From an uncultured archaeon (GTDB lineage Archaea > Iainarchaeota > Iainarchaeia > Iainarchaeales > GCA-2688035), in assembly GCA_964569815.1 (NCBI GenBank), contig CAZMUN010000005.1:1-44734 (forward strand): a DNA stretch of 44,734 bases. The letters run 5' to 3'. The notes below the pieces were generated by a model, which saw only the letters and a program-made list of their open reading frames with translations, ran no database searches and was not told where the DNA came from. Positions 36,163 to 44,734 of the stretch are shown here, piece by piece. The position numbers and the translations under genes are program-made. Position 1 is the stretch's first letter. The number at the start of each line of letters is the position of its first letter.

Positions 36163-37134
36163 TCACTGGTTTGCTTCTTCAACCAAGGCCTCAATCACGG
36201 CCCTGAAATCGGCTTCCTCGGCAGCCAGGTCGTCCTGGGCTTCGTGGGCGTTTCCAATGCGGAAATACTTTCCGCCGAAAACAAAAGTGGGAATTGAGCC
36301 CCTTGGGTTTAATTTCCTGTAAAGGGCTTCATGGCCAGCATCAACTTCTGTTTCAACTTCCTCTGTAAGAGTGTCGTCGCCTGTGTCAAGCTCCCAATGC
36401 CGGGCAACGATTTTGCCCTGGCCTGCGTATTCTTTTACAACCGAATCAAAAGTGTCCTTAATCCAAGTGCAGTGCGGGCACCAGGTCGTGGTGAAAAGCA
36501 GTATAACAGGCTTTCCGTCCTCCAAAACAAGGTCTTCGCTTGTTTCATCAAAAGAAGTGAGCTCTCCCACCACTTCAACTTTTTCTGTTGGCTCTGGCTC
36601 AGGAGCAGGCTCTACGTCGCCTGTGTCCTCTTCAAGGAAAAGCACCGAGCCGGAAATGGCCTTTCCGCTCTTGGTCAAGTACAATACCTGGGTTCCCAAA
36701 GACTGGCCGCCCTGAGTTATGTCAACTTCAAGTTCATAAAAGTCATCGTCGTAAGGCTCTAATGAAAGGATTTCGCCTTCAACGCCCTGCGGGCCCAAAA
36801 CGTTGTCATTCAAATAGCCTTCAACCTTTGCTTCAATCCCCTCCAAGTCAAGGTCGCCTGGTTCAGCGCATGGCTCTGGCTCCTGCCCGGCAACAGGCAT
36901 TGAAACAAGGCCTACGCCCACAGCAGGCAAAACAACCTGCCCAAAAACCAGGCCCAAAACAAGGCCAACAACAGCAACAGCAACAGCCTTTCCAGTAACC
37001 TGCTGGGCAATTGACTTAATGCCCTTATGCTCTAAAGGCTCCTTCTCCTCCTGGGGAGCAGAATCCTCTTCTCCCCGAGGGCCTGGGCCATCAGGGCTTT
37101 CATTCTGTGCAAAAAGGCGCTTTTTCTTGGTCAT
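36163..37134 (-). CDS. Membrane-anchored thioredoxin-fold protein
   Basis: TM helix, acidic domain, WCPHC and SIPTF cis-Pro loop. Confidence 0.82.
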   Translation of the reverse strand: MTKKKRLFAQNESPDGPGPRGEEDSAPQEEKEPLEHKGIKSIAQQVTGKAVAVAVVGLVLGLVFGQVVLPAVGVGLVSMPVAGQEPEPCAEPGDLDLEGIEAKVEGYLNDNVLGPQGVEGEILSLEPYDDDFYELEVDITQGGQSLGTQVLYLTKSGKAISGSVLFLEEDTGDVEPAPEPEPTEKVEVVGELTSFDETSEDLVLEDGKPVILLFTTTWCPHCTWIKDTFDSVVKEYAGQGKIVARHWELDTGDDTLTEEVETEVDAGHEALYRKLNPRGSIPTFVFGGKYFRIGNAHEAQDDLAAEEADFRAVIEALVEEANQ

Positions 37135-37190
37135 TATGAAATAGTTGGTGGGCAAAACCCTTAAAAAGGTTCTTCAATGGAAAGGCAAAA

Positions 37191-37655
37191 TCACGGCCTT
37201 GCAAACAAAAGGTCCTTGCCTGCATCGATTTCACGAAAGCCCTTGAACAAAGCCCTTGCTTTAGAAAAATTTTTGGCGCGCTTGAAAAAAGAAATGGCCA
37301 CAACAGCTTCTTTTTTTAAAACCCGTTCAATTTCCCTCTTAGCCTGCTTTAAATCCGCGTGATGCAAAGCAGTTAAGCTTACCACTGAATCAAAGCAATT
37401 GTCACGAAAGGGAAGCTCTTCTGCCCTGGCCACAACCTTCAAGCCGGAAAACCCTTCCACCATCTCAAAAGAGGGATCCAAAGCAATGCACTCAGCCTTG
37501 CCCTGAAAAAGCCTTGTGGAAAAGCCAGTGCCGGCGCCAATGTCCAAAAGAAGGCCCTTCAGCCGGCAATTTGCCTCAACCAGCCCGGCCTTTGCAGCCT
37601 GCTCTTCGCCATGCAATTCGTCATAACCAGGGCTTATTTCGCCATAGTAGGCCAT
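37191..37655 (-). CDS. Class I SAM-dependent methyltransferase
   Basis: LLDIGAGTG, AEELPF....FD and LHH; start placed at MAYY (37655). Confidence 0.88.
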   Translation of the reverse strand: MAYYGEISPGYDELHGEEQAAKAGLVEANCRLKGLLLDIGAGTGFSTRLFQGKAECIALDPSFEMVEGFSGLKVVARAEELPFRDNCFDSVVSLTALHHADLKQAKREIERVLKKEAVVAISFFKRAKNFSKARALFKGFREIDAGKDLLFARP

Positions 37656-37701
37656 ACAAAGGATTTCCACAGAACCTAATAAAAAAAGACATATATTTAA
37701 T

Positions 37702-37727
37702 AAGTATGAAAAGTATGATTTGTACGA
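37702..37727 (+). promoter_or_regulatory. Three direct repeats at 9-bp period, candidate AbrB operator
   Basis: AAGTATGA, AAGTATGA, TTGTACGA lie between a TATA-like element and the AbrB start. Confidence 0.5.
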
Positions 37728-37744
37728 ACTAAGGTGGTTTTTTT

Positions 37745-38107
37745 TTGGACTTGGATTACAAAATAAAATTCTATGGAAGCAGCACTGTTGGAGAACGGGG
37801 CCAAATCGTGCTGCCGATTGAGGCAAGAAAGCGCTTTAAGATAAAGCCAGGCGACAAGCTGGTTGTTGTAAGCGCGAACAGCAAAGACTTTGAAAAAATC
37901 GTTCTGCTGAAATCAGAGTCAATGGCAAAAATGTTTTCTTTCCTCACGGAATTCGAGGGCCAGCTAAAAAAAAGCGGTTCCAAAGGGCTTGAAGAGGTTT
38001 ACCAGAAAGGAATAGGGAAAATAAAAGAGGCCCTAAAAGAAGGCCAAAAAAAAAGAGGCAAAAAAAGGCAAGAGGAAGCAATAAAAAAAAGGTTTAACAC
38101 TCGGTGA
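37745..38107 (+). CDS. AbrB/MazE/SpoVT family DNA-binding regulator
   Basis: TVGERGQIVLP.EAR....IKPGDKL. Confidence 0.9.
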   Translation: MDLDYKIKFYGSSTVGERGQIVLPIEARKRFKIKPGDKLVVVSANSKDFEKIVLLKSESMAKMFSFLTEFEGQLKKSGSKGLEEVYQKGIGKIKEALKEGQKKRGKKRQEEAIKKRFNTR

Positions 38108-38113
38108 AATGCA

Positions 38114-38836
38114 ATGAGCGAACCAGTTATAAAGGTTGAAAACATTTCAAAAGTCTACGACATGGGAAAAGTCCAGGTAAAGGCACTGGACGGAGTTTCA
38201 TTAAGCGTGAAAAAAGGCCAGTTTCTTTCAATAATGGGCCCCTCAGGCTCAGGGAAAACCACCCTGCTGGATGTTTTGAGTGCACTCCTAAGGCCATCCT
38301 CAGGAGAGGTCTACATCAGAGGCAAGCCAATAAGCAAAATGGACGACAACCAGCTTGCAAGCATTCGCGGAAAAACAATCGGATTCATATTCCAGACCTT
38401 TAACCTTATACCAAGAATGACCGCCTTGGAAAACGTGATGCTGCCCTTATGGTTTGCAAGCGTTCCAGTCGAAGAAAGAAAAACCCGTGCGGAAAAAATC
38501 TTGGAAGAAGTTGGTTTAGGCAAAAGAACGGAGCACAAGCCCAACGAGCTAAGCGGGGGACAAAGGCAGCGCGTTGCAATCGCCCGCGCCCTGGCAGTAA
38601 ATCCGGACATAATTGTTGCAGACGAGCCAACAGGCAACCTGGACACTGCCTCAGGAGACCAAATCCTCGAAATAATCCGGAAACTGAACCAAAAAAAAGG
38701 AAAAACAGTCCTAATGGTTTCACACGAGGAAGAGGTTGCAAGCCTTGCACAAGAAACAGTATATTTACGAGACGGAAAAATCGTAAAAACCGAGAAAAGG
38801 AAAAAAGGGGAGGAAAAAAAATGGATAAAAAAATGA
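38114..38836 (+). CDS. ABC transporter ATP-binding protein (LolD/MacB type)
   Basis: GPSGSGKT, LSGGQRQRVAIARAL and ADEPTGNLD. Confidence 0.96.
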   Translation: MSEPVIKVENISKVYDMGKVQVKALDGVSLSVKKGQFLSIMGPSGSGKTTLLDVLSALLRPSSGEVYIRGKPISKMDDNQLASIRGKTIGFIFQTFNLIPRMTALENVMLPLWFASVPVEERKTRAEKILEEVGLGKRTEHKPNELSGGQRQRVAIARALAVNPDIIVADEPTGNLDTASGDQILEIIRKLNQKKGKTVLMVSHEEEVASLAQETVYLRDGKIVKTEKRKKGEEKKWIKK

Positions 38837-40053
38837 TTTCAATGCTGTTGCTTGCAATCATGTTTGCAGGCCTTGCCTCAGCAGGAGACCTGAAAGCAAT
38901 GAGCGTAAGCTACGAGCCTGCACCAGCCTCACCAGGCAGCGTAATAACGCTTTGGGTGCAGGTAAAAAACGACTCAATCTACGAGGTAGACGAAGGAACC
39001 ATAAAGCTCGAAACAGCCTATCCTTTGTCACTGCGGTCAGGCGAAACCGCGGAAAAGGAAATAGGGCCGTTCGGAGCCTACAAAACCACGACAGCGGAAT
39101 ACAAGCTGCTTGTCGACACAGCAGCAGTTGACGGCGAACACTCAATCAAGGTAACAGTGGGAGAAGGGCAAAGCAAAAGAGAAGAAGACTTCACGATAAG
39201 CGTTTTAAGCCGAACCCCAAAGCTGGAAATAGTGGACAGCAGTGCCAACGAGCTCACACCAGGCTCGGTAACGCCGGTAATGCTTTCAATAAAAAACGTT
39301 GGAGGAAGCATTGCAAAAGACATTGTAATAAAAGTCAACCCTGAAAGAACCGTTACATCAACAGGCGTTGTAGTGGAAAGAGAAATAGTTTCATTGGGCG
39401 CAGTGTCAAACTATGTTCCAAAACTGGACAAAGGCGAAACAGCAGGCGTTGAGCTCATGCTTGCAGTCAACCAGGACGCGGTCCTAAAAAACTATTCCGT
39501 TCCAATCACAATGGAATACTTTGACGTAAACGGCACATCAAAATCTGAAACAGGCTACCTTGGCCTAAAAGTCAATGCAGATGCAGACGTTGACGCAGTA
39601 ATAAACAGCGTAACCCCAAACGCGTTTCCAGGCGGAACAAGCGAAATAACAGTAGACCTGTTCAACATAGGCCTGGCAGACGCAAGATACGTTGTAGTGG
39701 AATTGGATGGCCCCAACGTAACAATATCAGAACCAAGGCAATTCATTGGAACACTGGAAGCAGACGACTTCGATTCCTTCAACACAAGCATAACATTCGA
39801 CCCAACAACGCCACTGGGCCAGAACACCCTGGCTTTGAAAATAGCGTACAAGGACGAAGAGCTCGCAGAACAGGTTATAACAAAGCCGCTTCAGTTTGAA
39901 GTCCAAAGCGTGGTGCAGGCAACAGGCGGAGCAGACCCACTAAGCGGACTGCTTGGAATAATCAGCACAATCCTGATGCTGATAGGCCTATACGCTGTAG
40001 CCAAATGGGGTTACCCAAAAGCCAAAAGCATGCTGGGAAAAAGAAAAAAGTGA
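38821..40053 (+). CDS. COG1361 S-layer-domain accessory protein of the ABC system
   Basis: Signal peptide from MDKKM, three Ig-like repeats (PG...N.G), C-terminal TM. Confidence 0.82.
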   Translation: MDKKMISMLLLAIMFAGLASAGDLKAMSVSYEPAPASPGSVITLWVQVKNDSIYEVDEGTIKLETAYPLSLRSGETAEKEIGPFGAYKTTTAEYKLLVDTAAVDGEHSIKVTVGEGQSKREEDFTISVLSRTPKLEIVDSSANELTPGSVTPVMLSIKNVGGSIAKDIVIKVNPERTVTSTGVVVEREIVSLGAVSNYVPKLDKGETAGVELMLAVNQDAVLKNYSVPITMEYFDVNGTSKSETGYLGLKVNADADVDAVINSVTPNAFPGGTSEITVDLFNIGLADARYVVVELDGPNVTISEPRQFIGTLEADDFDSFNTSITFDPTTPLGQNTLALKIAYKDEELAEQVITKPLQFEVQSVVQATGGADPLSGLLGIISTILMLIGLYAVAKWGYPKAKSMLGKRKK

Positions 40054-40097
40054 AATCCTCTTTTTCCACCTCTCCCCTCTTCTAAAAAGGTGCAAAA

Positions 40098-41300
40098 ATG
40101 GAAATAGACCGCGAACTCTTGACAATTGCCTTCCGCAACCTCAAAATACACAAAACCAGGTCCTTGCTAACGCTGCTCGGCATAATAATAGGCATTGGCG
40201 CAATAGCAGCACTCTTTTCAATAGGCGAAGGACTCAACCAAGCAATAAACCAGGAATTTGAAGCGCTTGGCCTAAACACAATAATGGTTGAGCCAGGCAC
40301 AAGCATGGGGCTTTCAACAGCCATTGCCCGCACCCTAAAAGAAGAAGACATCGGCATAATTGAAAACATTCCCGGAGTGGACTCGGTGATGGGATTCTAC
40401 GAAACCGTTACAATATCCGAATACAGGGACAAGCAAAGCAGCGTTTTCCTCATAGGGTTTGACCCAAGAAAAACAGAGTACATGGAACAAGTCGGCTACA
40501 TAGACATTATAAAAGGAAGAAAGCTTGAACCAAACGACAAGTACGCCATAGTGATACCTGAAAGCTTTTCAAGCGAAGGCTTTCAAAACGAAACCCTGCG
40601 CGTTAAAGACAACTTGGAAATGAACGGCCAAAAATTCAAAATAGTCGGCGTAAGCAAAAACATGGGCGGAACCTTCGGCGCATTGGCTCCAGCCAACATA
40701 GTTTTTGTACCAAAAGAAACAATGCGAGACTTCTTTAGAGAAGAAGACCCAGTAGAAATGATTGTGGTTGCAACAGACAAACAAGTAGTAGACGAAGTGG
40801 CAGAAAAAATCGAAGAACGCTTAAAAAAGGCCCACGGCGAAGAAGACTTCTACGTTTTGACCACAGAAAACATCTTGGAAGTAGCCGGAGACATAATACT
40901 CGTGGTACAGGTAGGAGTAAGCCTCCTTGCAGGAATCTCGTTAATAGTGGGGGCAATCGGAATAATGAACACAATGCTCATGGCAGTAATGGAAAGAACC
41001 CGCGAAATAGGCATCATGAAAGCAATCGGAGCCAAAAACTCGCAAATCAAAGCCCTCTTTTTAACAGAAGCAGCAATGATCGGCGGCGTAGGAGGAATGC
41101 TTGGAGTACTGTTTGGGTTAAGCCTGGCAGCCTTAACATCCCTTATCTCAGCCTACGCAGGGTTCCCGCTTCCGTTTAAAGCAAACTATGCCGCAGTCTT
41201 CGCACTGTTCTGGCTTGCAGTAGCCATCGGAACCACGTTCGGGTATTTTCCCGCAAGGCGGGCCGCAAGGCTTGACCCAGTAGAGGCACTGAGGTATTAA
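40098..41300 (+). CDS. MacB/FtsX-type ABC permease
   Basis: RS.LT.LGIIIGI, GIMNTM...V.ERTREIG.MKA.GA and PA.RAA.LDPVEALR. Confidence 0.95.
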   Translation: MEIDRELLTIAFRNLKIHKTRSLLTLLGIIIGIGAIAALFSIGEGLNQAINQEFEALGLNTIMVEPGTSMGLSTAIARTLKEEDIGIIENIPGVDSVMGFYETVTISEYRDKQSSVFLIGFDPRKTEYMEQVGYIDIIKGRKLEPNDKYAIVIPESFSSEGFQNETLRVKDNLEMNGQKFKIVGVSKNMGGTFGALAPANIVFVPKETMRDFFREEDPVEMIVVATDKQVVDEVAEKIEERLKKAHGEEDFYVLTTENILEVAGDIILVVQVGVSLLAGISLIVGAIGIMNTMLMAVMERTREIGIMKAIGAKNSQIKALFLTEAAMIGGVGGMLGVLFGLSLAALTSLISAYAGFPLPFKANYAAVFALFWLAVAIGTTFGYFPARRAARLDPVEALRY

Positions 41301-41303
41301 AAA

Positions 41304-42503
41304 ATGGTTTCCTTTGACGCAGAATTGTTCAAGTTTGCGCTAGAAAACCTTAAAGGACGCCAAGCAAGGTCTTTTCTCACAATTTTGGGCATAATAATCG
41401 GCATCGGCGCAATAGTTGCATTGGTCTCAATAGGCGAAGGACTCCGCGAAAACGTTTCACAGCAATTTGAAACACTGGGAACAGACACAGTTGTAGTGCT
41501 GCCAGGCGCAAACATAATTGAAAGCGTTTTCTCAAAGCTAAAAAAAGAAGACGTTGAAACAGTTGAAAAAGTCCGGGGAGTAGACTTTGCTGCAGCAATA
41601 TACCTTGCCTCAAAGCAAGTCGAGTACCACGACGAAAAAATAACCGCAACAGTAATAGGCCTCAATCCGAAAAAACTTGACGAGCTTGGCTTTATCGGAA
41701 TAGCAGAAATCGAAGAAGGCCGAATCATAACAGAAAACGATTCAGGAAGCATTGTAATAGGCCACAACTTTGGCGAAAAAATCCTCAAAGAAGAAATAAC
41801 ACTAAGGCAAAACATCTCAATCGAGGAAAAAAAGTTCCGCGTAGTAGGAATAATGGAGGAAGCAAGAAACAGCTTTGGGTCAATGTTCAACACCGCAATC
41901 GCAATGAGCGAAGACGAGCTCAAGGAAATAAGCAATGAAGAAATAACGCCTTTCAGAATAATAGTGGAACTGCTGCCATCGGAAGACATAGAAGAAATGA
42001 AGCAAAGGATAAGCGACGAGCTTGAAGAAGAGCACGGAAAAAAAGACTTCCTTGTAATGGACCTAGGGCAGGTGGCCGAAATAGCCAATTCCGTAGTGGG
42101 AATGATAACACTTGTTTTGGGAGGCATAGCATTCATTTCGCTTTTGGTCGGCGGAATAGGGATAATGAACACAATGCTGATGTCGGTTTTGGAGAGAACC
42201 AAAGAAATCGGGGTAATGAAAGCAATCGGAGCAACCAACAGGAGAATAACAAGCATCTTTGTAATGGAAGCAGGAATAATCGGCCTTGTAGGCGGGGCAA
42301 TAGGCCTGTTTTTGGGAATAGGCTTCGCAATTGTGATGGGAATTGCCTCAGAGGCAGCCGGCCTTGGGTTAACACCGGCAGTGCCGCCATGGCTCATCGT
42401 TCTCGCACTCTCATTCAGCATGGCAGTCGGCATGATTGCAGGCGTCTACCCTGCAGTCAAGGCAGCCTCAGTGGACCCAGTGGAAGCACTCCGCTACGAG
42501 TAA
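41304..42503 (+). CDS. MacB/FtsX-type ABC permease (paralog)
   Basis: Same motif set as the upstream permease. Confidence 0.95.
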   Translation: MVSFDAELFKFALENLKGRQARSFLTILGIIIGIGAIVALVSIGEGLRENVSQQFETLGTDTVVVLPGANIIESVFSKLKKEDVETVEKVRGVDFAAAIYLASKQVEYHDEKITATVIGLNPKKLDELGFIGIAEIEEGRIITENDSGSIVIGHNFGEKILKEEITLRQNISIEEKKFRVVGIMEEARNSFGSMFNTAIAMSEDELKEISNEEITPFRIIVELLPSEDIEEMKQRISDELEEEHGKKDFLVMDLGQVAEIANSVVGMITLVLGGIAFISLLVGGIGIMNTMLMSVLERTKEIGVMKAIGATNRRITSIFVMEAGIIGLVGGAIGLFLGIGFAIVMGIASEAAGLGLTPAVPPWLIVLALSFSMAVGMIAGVYPAVKAASVDPVEALRYE

Positions 42504-42646
42504 ACCAATAGGTTGAACTTTTTTAAACTGCACAAATATTAATCCCAAAAGCCAAGATTAATGCATAGGGCGTCCTGGCAGGGCACTCGCCTGGTCTTTT
42601 GGACTCGAGAGCCCTGCCTTTAAAAACAAAAAAAAAGGTGTTGAAA

Positions 42647-42913
42647 ATGGGTGCAAGCGTTAAAGAAATCGCGCTCTTGAAAATCGCGGAAGGCATTCCA
42701 AACGCTTCACAAAAGCACGCAAGAACACTTTTATTCATCCACGGCCACAAAAACACCTACTTTTCCCTCAAAGAACTCCAACAAAAAACACTAATAGAAA
42801 ACAAAGAGCTTGAAGCCATCTTGGAAGAGCTTGCAAAAAAAAGGCTTTTGGAAAAAGAAGGCTGTCTCTACAAAAAGCCGGAAAAAGAAAAAATAGCAGA
42901 AATCATTTACTGA
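42647..42913 (+). CDS. Small winged-helix-like protein
   Basis: GGTG RBS; FSLKELQ..T......LE.ILEEL....LL.KEG..Y. Confidence 0.6.
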   Translation: MGASVKEIALLKIAEGIPNASQKHARTLLFIHGHKNTYFSLKELQQKTLIENKELEAILEELAKKRLLEKEGCLYKKPEKEKIAEIIY

Positions 42914-44049
42914 AAAACCAGTTCAGCAACCTTTTTGGCCACCTTGTCACTGTGGCCCAATCCAACAAGCCTTGCCCTCAAAGACTCCAGTGTTTCATGC
43001 TCCTTAGGCTTTCCAATAGACTTAACCAGACGCACGGCCTGCTCTGCTTCCTGAGGAGAAAAGCCCTCAAACACGTTTTTCTTCAAATGGCTCTCACCCT
43101 TTTTGCCACCCATCTTCTGCTCCAAGGCCTGAATTCCGGCCTGAAGCTCGGCCTCCTTTTCCTTGAATTGCTCGCCGGTAATCTTTCGCTTGAAAGCCTC
43201 CCTTCTCCACAAAAGCCTTTCCTTGTCAATCTCAAGCCTTTTCAGCTTCAAATCCTCAAGCCTTGCCTTCCTCTGCAAGCCATACTTCCATCCAACAAAC
43301 GCCACAGTGCTCGCAACCATAAGCAAAAGCAAGATAGGCCCAAACACTGCAAGAATGTTTGAAGCAAGCTGGCCTGTGTCAACAGGCTTTACAGGCACCA
43401 AAGCAATCTGGCCAGACAAAAGCTCCTCATAGGTTGAGCCATCAAAGAAAGCGCTTACAAGAACCTCAAAGTCTGCAGAAAACCCCTCCTCTGCTTGCCC
43501 TGCTTCAGGCATTTGAACCGAAGCAAAAAAAACCCTTTTAACGGAATCAAAAGACATTTCCTTTTCCAAAGAAAGCTGGTCGCTTACCAAAACAGCTTCA
43601 AGTCCCTCCAACTCAGGAAAATACGGAGACTCGACTGCGACAGCAAAACCCACTTTTTCGCCAAAAGAAAAGGTTTTCTTCTCAGGCTCCAAAAGCTCTA
43701 CAGTAAAAGGCTTTTCAGTCGGCTTTGGAACAGTAACGCTAAACTTTGCTGCCCGGCCAGGCCCTGTCTCATCAACAGGCGTAATGTAATACCAGTACTC
43801 TTCACCGCGCTTAAAATCCTGGTCCAAAAAACTGGTTTCACCAATTGAAGCAATTTTCCTCGTGTTGTCAGCAGTTGGCCCGCGGTAAATGTCAAAGGAA
43901 ACGCTGCCAACAGACTCATGGCTCCAGCTGATAAAAATGCCGTTTGGGTCAAACTCTGCGTTAACGTTTTCAGGAGCAGCCGGAACACCAAAAGCGCTGG
44001 CAAAAAAAAAGGCCATAACAGCCACAACCAAAGGCAACCTATTACTCAT
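42907..44049 (-). CDS. Secreted, membrane-anchored FN3-domain protein with cytoplasmic coiled coil
   Basis: Signal peptide; P.APENV...ISW...IYR...F.D...Y.Y FN3 pattern; TM helix; charged C-terminus. Confidence 0.8.
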   Translation of the reverse strand: MSNRLPLVVAVMAFFFASAFGVPAAPENVNAEFDPNGIFISWSHESVGSVSFDIYRGPTADNTRKIASIGETSFLDQDFKRGEEYWYYITPVDETGPGRAAKFSVTVPKPTEKPFTVELLEPEKKTFSFGEKVGFAVAVESPYFPELEGLEAVLVSDQLSLEKEMSFDSVKRVFFASVQMPEAGQAEEGFSADFEVLVSAFFDGSTYEELLSGQIALVPVKPVDTGQLASNILAVFGPILLLLMVASTVAFVGWKYGLQRKARLEDLKLKRLEIDKERLLWRREAFKRKITGEQFKEKEAELQAGIQALEQKMGGKKGESHLKKNVFEGFSPQEAEQAVRLVKSIGKPKEHETLESLRARLVGLGHSDKVAKKVAELVFQ

Positions 44050-44227
44050 TTCTTTATATAATAAAACAAGGCCCTATTTATTAGTTGAGGAATTCAGCCA
44101 ATTTGCTTTAAGCGGTTTTTTTGGAACACCTGTTCAACACAACCCCTTTTAAACCCAAAAAGCAGCCCAAAAAAACCGTTTTATTCCAACACTTTTATTA
44201 ACCACCTCAGCCATACTGTTTATTTGA

Positions 44228-44734
44228 ATGATTGCTTCAAAGAAGCGCAAGAGAGGCCAAGCAGGCCTCGAATACCTTATAACCTATGGATGGGCTTTGG
44301 TTGCAATAGCCACAATTGTCGGCGTCCTAGTCTTTGCAGCAGGAGGCGGCGTGAACGCAAACAGCTGCACCAACTTTTTAACCCTTTTATGCAAGGGAAT
44401 AAACGCAGACGGCGACACCCTTGTACTGGTTTTGCAAAACGCCACAGGACAAAAAATCACAATCAACCCCTTTACAGACATTGCATTCGACGGAAAATAC
44501 GGCTACGCAATCCTAACATACCGAGGCACAGACTACAGGTTTGAAGACGTTGAAATCGGCGCAGGAGAAGAATTCACAATCTCAGGCAAGGGAATGGCCC
44601 CAAAAAACGAAATCAGCATAACCTACACCGAGGGAAACACAAGCCTTGAAAGAACAATCACAAGCAACATGAGCACAAACATCCCAGACAACGAAGAAAT
44701 CAGCAACGACGGCGAAGACAACGACAACGACGGA
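44228..44734 (+). CDS. Class III signal peptide (type IV pilin-like) surface protein, partial
   Basis: MIASKKRKRG|QAGLEYLITYGWALVAIATIVGVL; frame stays open to the window end. Confidence 0.85.
   Translation, partial: MIASKKRKRGQAGLEYLITYGWALVAIATIVGVLVFAAGGGVNANSCTNFLTLLCKGINADGDTLVLVLQNATGQKITINPFTDIAFDGKYGYAILTYRGTDYRFEDVEIGAGEEFTISGKGMAPKNEISITYTEGNTSLERTITSNMSTNIPDNEEISNDGEDNDNDG

Noticed and set aside
38449-38820. N-terminal extension of the 534-aa ORF
   Set aside because: It overlaps the ABC ATPase out of frame; the signal peptide and RBS support a start at 38821.
41297-42433. Long antisense ORFs (also 14300-15241, 7590-8369, 12142-12861, 26326-27117)
   Set aside because: They are shadows of well-supported opposite-strand genes, produced by codon bias.

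Overview
Archaeal chromosomal segment (Nop5/fibrillarin, Nmd3, archaeal-type GlyRS and AspRS, an intron-containing tRNA, class III signal peptide, many apparently leaderless genes). The overall style suggests a DPANN lineage such as Iainarchaeota/Diapherotrites, but that is inference. Core content: gatC-gatA-suhB-gatB, speD-bpsA, non-discriminating aspS, glyS, nop5-fibrillarin, two beta-CASP nucleases, a class III ribonucleotide reductase cluster (intein-containing and split nrdD, nrdG, ferredoxin, FTR-like reductase, NrdH-like redoxin), an AbrB-led MacB-type ABC operon, several surface proteins, tRNA-Thr(CGT) and tRNA-Arg(CCT). The most striking signal is two free-standing LAGLIDADG+HTH genes, each directly 3' of a tRNA-charging gene (gatB, glyS). 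In both host genes the 3' part switches to foreign codon/oligonucleotide usage just after a conserved motif, which suggests intron-less homing cassettes that replace the host gene's 3' end. Also notable: a 2.7 kb HD+AbiE island bounded by a degenerate repeat of the tRNA-Thr 3' end, a tRNA intron whose BHB helix does not match its own anticodon, and a degenerate archaeal riboflavin synthase. All calls are by-eye motif recognition; no database searches were run.
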